IMG/VR virus record: IMGVR_UViG_3300022752_005671 | Location: 32,001-96,000 of that record | Direction: 5' to 3' (one strand) | DNA: 64,000 bases | DNA from: a virus | Shown: one piece after another, positions 38,678 through 47,144 of the stretch | Numbering within the stretch: position 1 is the stretch's first letter | Layout of the letters: every line of letters starts with the position of its first letter | The notes under the pieces: model-generated | The model's database searches: none | What the model was told of the DNA's origin: nothing | Seen by the model: the letters and a program-made list of their open reading frames with translations, nothing else | Made by a program: the position numbers and the translations under genes

Positions 38678-38918
38678 AATGCATTATGGGCAATTAACTT
38701 CAGAAAAGTTAGCAAAAGAAAACGAAGACTGTAGAAGAATAGTAAAAGAAATCCTAAATGTAGGAATGTCTCAAAGACAACATATGTTTCTTATTTATTT
38801 ACTTTCTTTAGAGTTAGAAAACATTGAATACGTGCAAGCTTTGGCTGAGCTAATTAAAGAAATAGCTGGAGATCAAATTTTTATTTCAAAGAGAGAAGAC
38901 AATGGGACGATCAGCTGA
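38670..38918 (+). CDS. Hypothetical protein
   Basis: 82-aa ORF overlapping both neighbours. Confidence 0.65.
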   Translation: MYKMHYGQLTSEKLAKENEDCRRIVKEILNVGMSQRQHMFLIYLLSLELENIEYVQALAELIKEIAGDQIFISKREDNGTIS

Positions 38919-39507
38919 ACCTCAAAATTCTAGACTAGCTCCGAGTAGAAAATCAAATTCTGATGATCACGATGCAGCGATACTAATGTCTCCAAGCGAA
39001 GATTCTAGAATCGTTGTTTTATATGGAGGGGTCAGCGAGCAATCAATTGCTGCAACAATAGTTCAGCTTTTATATCTTGCAAATCAAAATCATAAACCAA
39101 TTCATCTAGTAGTTTCCACTTATGGTGGATCAGTAGATGAAATGTTCTCTCTTTATGACACTATTAAATTTTTACCATGTCCAGTTCATACAATTGCTTT
39201 AGGAAAAGTCATGTCCGCCGGCGTTCTTCTTCTTGCTTCCGGTGTTAAAGGAAAAAGAATGATAGGATCTTCTGCTAGGTTAATGATGCATCCTATTTCA
39301 GGTGGATTTTATGGAAATGTTTTTGAATCAGTCAACGAAACCAATGAACATAAAAGATTACATCATTTGATGACAACTGCTCTTCAAAATGAAACAAAGA
39401 TGACAGTCGAACAAATCGAATCAATTATGAAATCAGGACACGACTATTATCTAACTCCTGAAGATGCTATTAAACTTGGAATCGTTGACAAAATTATCGG
39501 TAAATGA
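38902..39507 (+). CDS. clpP: ClpP-family serine protease
   Basis: STYGGSV, GKVMSAG (Ser), RLMMHP (His), HDYYLTPEDAIKLGIVD (Asp). Confidence 0.9.
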   Translation: MGRSAEPQNSRLAPSRKSNSDDHDAAILMSPSEDSRIVVLYGGVSEQSIAATIVQLLYLANQNHKPIHLVVSTYGGSVDEMFSLYDTIKFLPCPVHTIALGKVMSAGVLLLASGVKGKRMIGSSARLMMHPISGGFYGNVFESVNETNEHKRLHHLMTTALQNETKMTVEQIESIMKSGHDYYLTPEDAIKLGIVDKIIGK

Positions 39508-39546
39508 TAGTGTAATGTTCACAAACTAAGATATACTTTTGTATGC

Positions 39547-41193
39547 ATGCCTGCGTATGATTACAAAAAGTACTTTCCTTTTGAAAAAGTAAGGAAAGAA
39601 CAAGCTTCTGCAATTGAATTTGCTATTGATGCTTATGAATCTGGAAAAAGATATGTAGTTCTAGAACTTGGAACCGGCGTAGGAAAATCTGCAATAGGAA
39701 TTACAATTGCTAGGTATATGGAATCACATGCACCTGCAATGAGAAATGCAGATGGCGATTTAATGACAGGTGCTTATGTCATTACAACGCAAAAAATCTT
39801 ACAAGAACAATACCTAAGAGATTTTGGAGGCGGACCGAACAAAACATGTTTGGTTAGATCCATCAAGTCTAGTTCAAACTATCAATGTTCTTTTTATCCT
39901 GATCAATCTTGCGCTGAATCGAGGCGAATTTTAAGCAGCCTATCAAAACAGCTAAGCGGAACAGAGTTTCAAAAGCAATGTAAGAATCAATGTCCATATG
40001 GATTGGAAAAGCAAGAATTTATTGATTCTCCAATTTCTGTCACAAACTTTTCTTATTTTCTTGCTGAGACGATGTATGCAGGAAAGCTTGAACCGCGAGC
40101 ATTATTAATTGTTGATGAAGCTCATAATACAGAAACAGAGTTAGGAAAATTTATCGAAGTTACATTTTCTGAAAAGTTTGCAAAAGACGTGCTTAAGTGC
40201 AAACTTCCAAAGCTAATGGATCAAACTTCAGTTTATGATTGGATTTGTAAAGTTTATAAGAAATCAGTTTCAAAATATATTAAAGAACTTGAAAAAAATC
40301 TTGTAAAACTAAGCGGTGATATTGAAGGTTATGGAACTTTTTCAAAACAGTATGAAATGTTAGATAAACACATCTGCAAAATTAATAGGTTCATCGAAGT
40401 CTATAAACCTAGCAATTGGATCATGAATGTTTCTTACCCTTCTCCTGACAACAAGAAGGCCGGTAAAAAATTTGAATTTAAACCGATTGATGTTTCACCA
40501 TATAGTAATGATGTATTTTTTAAACATGGTGCAAGAGTTCTTATGATGTCAGCTACCATAGTTGATAAAGATATTTTTTGTGAATCATTAGGAATTAAAA
40601 AAGAAGATATAGCATTTTTAAACATATCTTCTCCATTTCCAATTGAGAATAGACCGATTCACTTCATTCCAGTAGGATCAATGTCAAAAAATAACATTGA
40701 TAAAACCTTACCAGTAATGGCTGAAACAGTCAGGATGTTGTTAGAAAAACATTCAAAAGAAAAAGGAATAATTCATTGTGCAAATTATAAAGTTGCAAAA
40801 TTTATTAATGATCAACTAAATGATCCTCGTCTGCTAATGCATGATTCTACTAATAGAGACCAAATGTTGAAATTTCATGTTGAATCAAAAGATCCTACTA
40901 TTCTATTGAGCCCTTCTATGATGGAAGGTGTAGATTTAAAAGACGATCATAGTAGATTTCAAATTATTTGTAAAGTTCCTTTTCCTTACTTAGGAGATCT
41001 TGTTATTCAAAAAAGAATGGAAAAAAACCAATTTTGGTATCCTTATATGACCGCAAAGTCTGTCATACAATCGTTAGGTCGTTCAATAAGAAATGAAAAT
41101 GATTTTGCGATATCATACATTCTTGATTCGGATTGGGAACGTTTCTATAAAATGAATCGATCAATGTTTCCAAAAGATTTTTTGGTATCATAA
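39547..41193 (+). CDS. DinG/XPD-family SF2 helicase with Fe-S cysteines
   Basis: GTGVGKS, VDEAHN, MSAT, EGVDL..D.SRFQIICKVPFP and QSLGRSIR motifs; four Cys (YQC, QSC, KQC, QCPY). Confidence 0.88.
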   Translation: MPAYDYKKYFPFEKVRKEQASAIEFAIDAYESGKRYVVLELGTGVGKSAIGITIARYMESHAPAMRNADGDLMTGAYVITTQKILQEQYLRDFGGGPNKTCLVRSIKSSSNYQCSFYPDQSCAESRRILSSLSKQLSGTEFQKQCKNQCPYGLEKQEFIDSPISVTNFSYFLAETMYAGKLEPRALLIVDEAHNTETELGKFIEVTFSEKFAKDVLKCKLPKLMDQTSVYDWICKVYKKSVSKYIKELEKNLVKLSGDIEGYGTFSKQYEMLDKHICKINRFIEVYKPSNWIMNVSYPSPDNKKAGKKFEFKPIDVSPYSNDVFFKHGARVLMMSATIVDKDIFCESLGIKKEDIAFLNISSPFPIENRPIHFIPVGSMSKNNIDKTLPVMAETVRMLLEKHSKEKGIIHCANYKVAKFINDQLNDPRLLMHDSTNRDQMLKFHVESKDPTILLSPSMMEGVDLKDDHSRFQIICKVPFPYLGDLVIQKRMEKNQFWYPYMTAKSVIQSLGRSIRNENDFAISYILDSDWERFYKMNRSMFPKDFLVS

Positions 41194-41244
41194 TTTTACT
41201 CCTGATTCGTGATGCCTATATTTTCGCAAGGAGGATAATCCAAT

Positions 41245-41445
41245 ATGTCAGAAAATGAAGTTTTAGCAAAGTGGTCAGATCTTAAGTCTCTTGTTGAGTC
41301 TCTTGAGCATGATGTTGCAAAGAATGCCAAAGGAACAGCAGCTGCAGGCGTCAGAGTTCGTAAAGGACTGCGCGACCTTAAGACAAAAGCTGGTGAGCTT
41401 GTGAAGCTTACTCTTACCTTAGACAAGACAAAGAAGAAAGACTGA
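41245..41445 (+). CDS. Histone H1-like protein (Hc1-family small basic protein)
   Basis: LEHDVAKNAKGTAAAGVRVRKGLRDLK matches the Hc1-family core (K...GN.AAG.R.RK); AGGAGG Shine-Dalgarno. Confidence 0.72.
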   Translation: MSENEVLAKWSDLKSLVESLEHDVAKNAKGTAAAGVRVRKGLRDLKTKAGELVKLTLTLDKTKKKD

Positions 41446-41472
41446 TTACCAAAATTGGTTGTTGTTTTTAAT

Positions 41473-41506
41473 GGGATACATATATTAACATGTGTATCCC
41501 TTTTTT
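41473..41506 (+). terminator. Probable intrinsic terminator
   Basis: Stem GGGATACA (41473-41480) / TGTATCCC (41493-41500) followed by TTTTTT. Confidence 0.65.
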
Positions 41507-41538
41507 ATTTAAAAAAGCAAAATTATGACGAGGTATAA

Positions 41539-41937
41539 ATGCCAGCACCAAGAAGAGCAATTTTAGCTGATATTAGTGAACAAAAGTTAGATCCAAATCA
41601 AGTTTATACACAAACTAACAAATCAGGAAAGTTTGTTGTATCTTCAGATGAAGTTGTTCAATATAAAAAGAAAGAAACTAAGTCTAGTTCAAAAGTTTTA
41701 GAACAAAAGTTATCTGTAGAAAAAACTTTAAAAAATGACGATGAATTAATAGTCATTAAAAAAGATGAAAATTTGCATGTTACTATGAATGAAGAAACAA
41801 ATGATTCTGTAAAAGCTACAGATGAAGAACATACAACTGACCATAAAGAATCTATGAATGATGTTGTAAGTTCTCAGATTATGAATGTAACTACAAAATC
41901 TTCAGAATCTTCAAAGAAAAAACAAAAGAAAAAGTGA
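41539..41937 (+). CDS. Hypothetical charged, low-complexity protein
   Basis: 132 aa, rich in K/E/S/T; GAGG Shine-Dalgarno. Confidence 0.65.
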   Translation: MPAPRRAILADISEQKLDPNQVYTQTNKSGKFVVSSDEVVQYKKKETKSSSKVLEQKLSVEKTLKNDDELIVIKKDENLHVTMNEETNDSVKATDEEHTTDHKESMNDVVSSQIMNVTTKSSESSKKKQKKK

Positions 41938-41939
41938 AA

Positions 41940-42188
41940 TCAAATTAAAATTGAATTTTTTATCTTTTGAATGATTGTTTTTTCAATTTGACAAATTCTC
42001 ATTCTAGTTAATCCATAGATTTTTCCAATTTTTTGAAGTGTATAAGGGCCATTTTGAGAAGCAATAATAACGCAATTAAAGCTGTCGATATTGTTAATGT
42101 GATGTCGGCAGCTTTTCTTTTGGCAGCTTACTTTGTGCTTGGCATGTGCTTCAAAACATTTTATGTTGTTAATTACTGGTAATTTCAT
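41940..42188 (-). CDS. Small regulator with a sigma-70 region 4 HTH and a Cys/His-rich N-terminus
   Basis: YTLQKIGKIYGLTRMRICQIE matches TL.EIG..LG.TRERIRQIE. Confidence 0.75.
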   Translation of the reverse strand: MKLPVINNIKCFEAHAKHKVSCQKKSCRHHINNIDSFNCVIIASQNGPYTLQKIGKIYGLTRMRICQIEKTIIQKIKNSILI

Positions 42189-42252
42189 TTTTAGATCTTA
42201 TCAATTAGTTTATAATCTAAGTGATAAATTTACATTGTTCATATAGAATAAC

Positions 42253-43617
42253 ATGACAAAGACATATGTTTTAGACACCAACGTTTTATTGAGTGATCCT
42301 GATAGCATCCACAGTTTTGAGGACAACGACTTATTAATTCCTATTCTTGTTTTGGAAGAGTTAGATAAACACAAAACAAGAAACGATGATGTAGGTAGAA
42401 ATGCTAGGCAGGTTAGTAGAATGCTTGACTCAATGAGAAATGAGTCAAGTTTTCATGATGGAGTAAAAACTAGAGGAGGAGGAACAATTAAGATTGTTTC
42501 TTCTGAAGTTGATCCATTGTCATTGCTTCCTAAAGAAATGTTAAAAAGCTCTAGCTTAGATAACATGATCATAGGATTTATGTTGACTCAAAAAGACAAG
42601 AACCTAGTTCTTGTTTCAAAAGATATCAACATAAGAGTTAAGTGTGACGCTCTTGGTCTAAAGTGTCAAGATTATTTAAATATGAGAATTTCTTCTGACA
42701 TTGATGAATTGTACAGAGGAGTTAAGTTAATTCATGTTAATGAAGATATCGTTGATTCATTTTATAGAGATGGAAAGATAGAGAAAGAAGTAGCGACGAA
42801 GGAACAAATTTATTCAAACCAAATAGTAATTTTAAAGACTGTCGATGAAAGAGGAAATACTGTTAAATCAGCGATGTCTAGATCTTATGAAGATGGAACA
42901 TTAAGATCTCTTTCTAAAATTGAAAGTGTTTTTGGATTAAGGCCAAGAAATAAAGAACAACTATTTTCTTTAGATTTATTAATGGACGAAAATATAAAGT
43001 TGCTTTCGATGATCGGAAAAGCTGGTTGCGGAAAGACACTTTTAGCAATTGCAGCAGGATTAGAACAATTATCTTCTGTTGGATCCCAACCAAAATATCA
43101 AAAATTAATAGTTTCGCGACCGGTTCAACCTGTTGGAAAAGACATAGGATATCTTCCAGGTACTTTAGAAGAGAAGATGGAACCATGGATAGCACCTGTT
43201 AAAGACAATCTAGATTTTCTTTTAGGTATTAATGGTAAGAAATCAGGAAGAAAATCAAAAGATAATCTAATGTCATCTGATCCTTATATGGAATTGATGC
43301 AACAAAGAGGATTAATTGAGATTGAAGCAATTTCTTTTATTCGTGGTAGATCAATTCCAAACGCATTTATTATCATTGATGAAGCACAAAATTTATCTAT
43401 GCATGAATTAAAAACCATTGTCACTAGAGTAGGAGAAGGAACAAAAATTGTTTTGACTGGAGACATTGAACAAATAGATAATGTCGAAGTTGATGCTTAT
43501 ACGAACGGTTTAACTTATGCAATTGAAAAGTTTAAAGAACATTCGATTGCAGCACATGTTACCTTACTAAAAGGAGAAAGAAGTCCATTAGCAACTTTAG
43601 CTTCAAAGATTTTGTAA
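42253..43617 (+). CDS. PIN-PhoH fusion protein (PhoH2/YlaK-like)
   Basis: PIN motifs YVLDTNVLL, VLEELD, SKDINIRVK; PhoH motifs GKAGCGKT, RP..PVG.DIGYLPG, RGRS, IIDEAQN, GD..QID. Confidence 0.92.
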   Translation: MTKTYVLDTNVLLSDPDSIHSFEDNDLLIPILVLEELDKHKTRNDDVGRNARQVSRMLDSMRNESSFHDGVKTRGGGTIKIVSSEVDPLSLLPKEMLKSSSLDNMIIGFMLTQKDKNLVLVSKDINIRVKCDALGLKCQDYLNMRISSDIDELYRGVKLIHVNEDIVDSFYRDGKIEKEVATKEQIYSNQIVILKTVDERGNTVKSAMSRSYEDGTLRSLSKIESVFGLRPRNKEQLFSLDLLMDENIKLLSMIGKAGCGKTLLAIAAGLEQLSSVGSQPKYQKLIVSRPVQPVGKDIGYLPGTLEEKMEPWIAPVKDNLDFLLGINGKKSGRKSKDNLMSSDPYMELMQQRGLIEIEAISFIRGRSIPNAFIIIDEAQNLSMHELKTIVTRVGEGTKIVLTGDIEQIDNVEVDAYTNGLTYAIEKFKEHSIAAHVTLLKGERSPLATLASKIL

Positions 43618-43654
43618 GGCATTTTTATCATTCAAATAAATAATTGATATTGCC

Positions 43655-44647
43655 ATGAGCGGAATTTTAGATAACAAAACAAGAATAATGGACACGATCC
43701 TCACGTTAGAGGGTCGTCGCCAAATGGCTGATGGCAAATTAAAGATAGAATATGTAAGTTTTACAGACAATTCTACTTTTTATGATCCAGATGTTGTTAG
43801 CGGATCAGCAGATCCAACTAATAGAATTTATTTCGAACAGTGTCATTTGCCGCAAGATCAAATAACTTTTGAAGCAGATGATTCTGGTAAGTTAAAGCCA
43901 TTTAAAAATTCAGATAATATCAACGTTTCAAATTCAGGAAAAATATTTGTTTCTTCTTCAACGAATTTAACATTTTTGGAAGGAACAACATTTTCATCTA
44001 CTGCAAATGAGTTAATTGTTTCTTCTATTAAAAATTTTAATAATCTTCAAGTTATAGGAACGAAAGATTTTGTTTTTGAAAATGAAGGGTTTGAGATAGG
44101 ACCTTCTGAAGTAAATTTTGATGTTTTATATAAAAACAAAATAGGTTCCTCTGATCAAAATTTAGTTACTAATTTTAGTAAAGATTTTTTCGAAGAAAGA
44201 AATTTAGAAGAATTTCCAAGTCTTTTTAATAGTAAATGGTTAGATAAAGTTATAAATTTTAAATATTTACCACCAATTAATAAGGTTTTTGATAAAAACA
44301 TCACTAATAAATCAACATCTCAATTTTTAGAAAATAATAAAATTGGTGATTATAAAGATTTAAAAAGTAAATCTTATACTGTAGTTGATCTTGAAAAAGA
44401 TTTAGAAGATATTGAGAAAAAAGGATTAAAAAAATCTATAACGTTTGATCCAACTTCTTTAAATAACAATATCGTTTCTCAATTTTTTGAAATAAGCGAA
44501 ATTGAAATAAAAAAATTAGACGTTATTGATTATGGAACTTATTTTAACAATGGTAAATTAAAACATGCGTTTTTTGTTGGGAAAATAATGATAGATGCTG
44601 ATGATTCGCAATGTTTTATTAATTTGTTTACTTTAGTTTTCGAATGA
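43655..44647 (+). CDS. Probable virion structural protein
   Basis: N-terminus GILDNKTRIMDTILTLEGRRQM is paralogous to that of 53149..53880; first gene of the structural block. Confidence 0.55.
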   Translation: MSGILDNKTRIMDTILTLEGRRQMADGKLKIEYVSFTDNSTFYDPDVVSGSADPTNRIYFEQCHLPQDQITFEADDSGKLKPFKNSDNINVSNSGKIFVSSSTNLTFLEGTTFSSTANELIVSSIKNFNNLQVIGTKDFVFENEGFEIGPSEVNFDVLYKNKIGSSDQNLVTNFSKDFFEERNLEEFPSLFNSKWLDKVINFKYLPPINKVFDKNITNKSTSQFLENNKIGDYKDLKSKSYTVVDLEKDLEDIEKKGLKKSITFDPTSLNNNIVSQFFEISEIEIKKLDVIDYGTYFNNGKLKHAFFVGKIMIDADDSQCFINLFTLVFE

Positions 44648-44657
44648 GGCATTTGTT

Positions 44658-47141
44658 ATGTACGTTAATAGTGGCGAAAAAGAAAATAGAATTTTATTTG
44701 TAGATGATGACTTTGCATTTCTACATAAGATTTATCCTTTAGATCAAACGATAACTAATGTTTCTAAAGATTTACATTTTAAGTTTCGTTGTAAGGTTTC
44801 TCAAACGTCAGCTATAAAAGAAGGTGTATATTCTGTCGTCGTAACAGTTAAATCCGTTAATAAACAAATACCAACAATAGTGCCTAATGATTTAGAGTCT
44901 TTTGAAGGCAATGATATTGCAGAAAATATTTTAACTAATGCTTCAAAAATTAAAAATCAAAGTTTTAGAGAAGAAGCAAGCATAATATCTGAAAAAATTA
45001 TAGACATTACTTCAAAAATTGATAACAGGTTTTTAACTGCTATAAGGAATAACGTAATAGAAGAATCACAATTCTTAAAAACAAAAGTTATAGTAAAAAA
45101 GAAAAAAGATCCTAATGAAACATCTCAAGAAAGTTTAGAAAAAAGAACACAAAGAATTTCATTAAAATCTAGGTCGCTTGATCTTTTACTTTTAAGAAGT
45201 ACTCCCAAAATTAAATCAGAACAAATAAAGACTAGATTCAAACTTTTAAATTCATCTATCAGTCCATCTTCTATAACTTTATTAGAAAACAAAACGTTGA
45301 CTCCTTATTCTTCGCTTCTAGGTTCTAATTCTAGTAGCAATAATCAACAAAAAAGTTTTTTAAAAAATGACTTATTAGAATCTTTATATTTTTTTCATGA
45401 GTTTGAAAATATTGATAATGAAAATGATCATGAAAAAAAAGCTCTTAATAATCCTTACATGACAATTGTAGGACAGCAATTTGATGATCTTATAGAAGTA
45501 AGTACAAATTTTGTTTTTAAAGAAAATATAATGTATGTTCCTTTTTTAATAGTTGAGTTTAAGCTTATAAAAAACGTACTAGATTCTTTTAGAAATATTC
45601 AAAAAATTGTAATTGAAGCAGTAGAAAAAACGTTAGATTTAAAGCCTTATTACAATCAATTTTTTTCTAGAGAATTAAAACCTTTAAGAGTAGGAGTTTC
45701 TAAAAGTTTTCAAAAAAACTCAAATTATGTTTGTTTTGAAATACAAAATACGAATGAAGGAGCAGGTACTGCAAACATTTATAGAAAAAGTTTAAATTAT
45801 TTTAACGATTCTCATTTTCAAAAAATTACAAACATTCCATTTAGCACAAAAAATCAAATCAATTTTTATAAACACAATGACGTTGATGATGCGATCTATA
45901 GAGTTGTATACCAAAATTCAACGACAAACGAACTTTCAAATGATTTTACTGATGTTGTAGTAAATGATCCAAGAAAAATTAATTTTAATGACGTTATGGT
46001 CATCCCTTATTTATCAAGAGGAAAAATTTTTGTTAGCTTAATTAACGATTCTTATAATTTCAACGTTGTATCATGTAAGATTTTTTCAAAAAATTTGACA
46101 AAAAAAGAATCTAACTACGTATATCAAGCAACGTTTGATGTTAGTAAAGGAACGCAATCAGAAATTGCGATTACTAGAGATTTAGTTTTTTATAACACTT
46201 ATGAAATACGAGCAAAATTAGTTTTTGAGAACGGAGTAGAAGTTTTTTCTAAGTATTCAGGAATAATTCAGTACATTCCATATATTGGAGATATTTACAA
46301 CGTAAATATTACGGATTTTAGCACTGAAACTGATGACGTTACGTTCAACATTTTTGCTGAATTGCAACAAGATCAAGTAGGATTAATACAGAATTTGTTA
46401 TCGCAAGTTTCAGCGCAGTATAATACAGATTTTAATTCAGGAAGAGAAGCTGAATATGATAAATTTGTTGCATTTCAAATATTAAGATACGATTTATTAG
46501 ACGGAAGTTTTGAAGATTTTGGAATTGTACCTAATAATTCTTCATTTTCTGATGCTACAATATCAAAAATAAAAGGTATCCCCAACGCAATTGCAGAAAA
46601 AGCTTATACATACATAATTTCTCCATTAATAAGAGAACCATCGTCTGTTACGGAAATAGATAAAGAAATTGAAGATCAAGAAACAAATAAAACATATTCT
46701 TCAAATTTTAGAAAGTTTAGACATCCTCTAGCTTTGTCTAGAGGAAACATAATGTCAGAAAATAAAGTTAATAATGATGTTGTTCCTGACATGTTATATG
46801 GAATGGTAGCAAATTCTTTAAAAATAAATGTGCAAGCTGCAAAAAAGTACCCCACAATTTCTGATTTTATTGCTTTTAAATCAAAAGGAAAAGTTATTTT
46901 AACTTGGAATATTAATAAAAAAGAAATACAATTTGATCATATTTTAATTTTTAAAGAAAATAATGGAATTAAAACTTTGATTGGAAAAACTCACGGATTA
47001 AAAGACAACTATACATTTTTTTATGATTTAACTAATCACGATCTTGGAAATATCAGATTTGTGTTAACCCCTATAGAACAAGATTATTCTACTGGATCGT
47101 CAATAATATCTGATTATGTTTTAATTAATAGCGTGGAATAA
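44658..47141 (+). CDS. Probable virion structural protein (827 aa, beta-rich C-terminus)
   Basis: Large ORF in the structural block; FN3/Ig-like end (VILTW...YTFFY...RFVLTPI). Confidence 0.45.
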   Translation: MYVNSGEKENRILFVDDDFAFLHKIYPLDQTITNVSKDLHFKFRCKVSQTSAIKEGVYSVVVTVKSVNKQIPTIVPNDLESFEGNDIAENILTNASKIKNQSFREEASIISEKIIDITSKIDNRFLTAIRNNVIEESQFLKTKVIVKKKKDPNETSQESLEKRTQRISLKSRSLDLLLLRSTPKIKSEQIKTRFKLLNSSISPSSITLLENKTLTPYSSLLGSNSSSNNQQKSFLKNDLLESLYFFHEFENIDNENDHEKKALNNPYMTIVGQQFDDLIEVSTNFVFKENIMYVPFLIVEFKLIKNVLDSFRNIQKIVIEAVEKTLDLKPYYNQFFSRELKPLRVGVSKSFQKNSNYVCFEIQNTNEGAGTANIYRKSLNYFNDSHFQKITNIPFSTKNQINFYKHNDVDDAIYRVVYQNSTTNELSNDFTDVVVNDPRKINFNDVMVIPYLSRGKIFVSLINDSYNFNVVSCKIFSKNLTKKESNYVYQATFDVSKGTQSEIAITRDLVFYNTYEIRAKLVFENGVEVFSKYSGIIQYIPYIGDIYNVNITDFSTETDDVTFNIFAELQQDQVGLIQNLLSQVSAQYNTDFNSGREAEYDKFVAFQILRYDLLDGSFEDFGIVPNNSSFSDATISKIKGIPNAIAEKAYTYIISPLIREPSSVTEIDKEIEDQETNKTYSSNFRKFRHPLALSRGNIMSENKVNNDVVPDMLYGMVANSLKINVQAAKKYPTISDFIAFKSKGKVILTWNINKKEIQFDHILIFKENNGIKTLIGKTHGLKDNYTFFYDLTNHDLGNIRFVLTPIEQDYSTGSSIISDYVLINSVE

Positions 47142-47144
47142 GCA

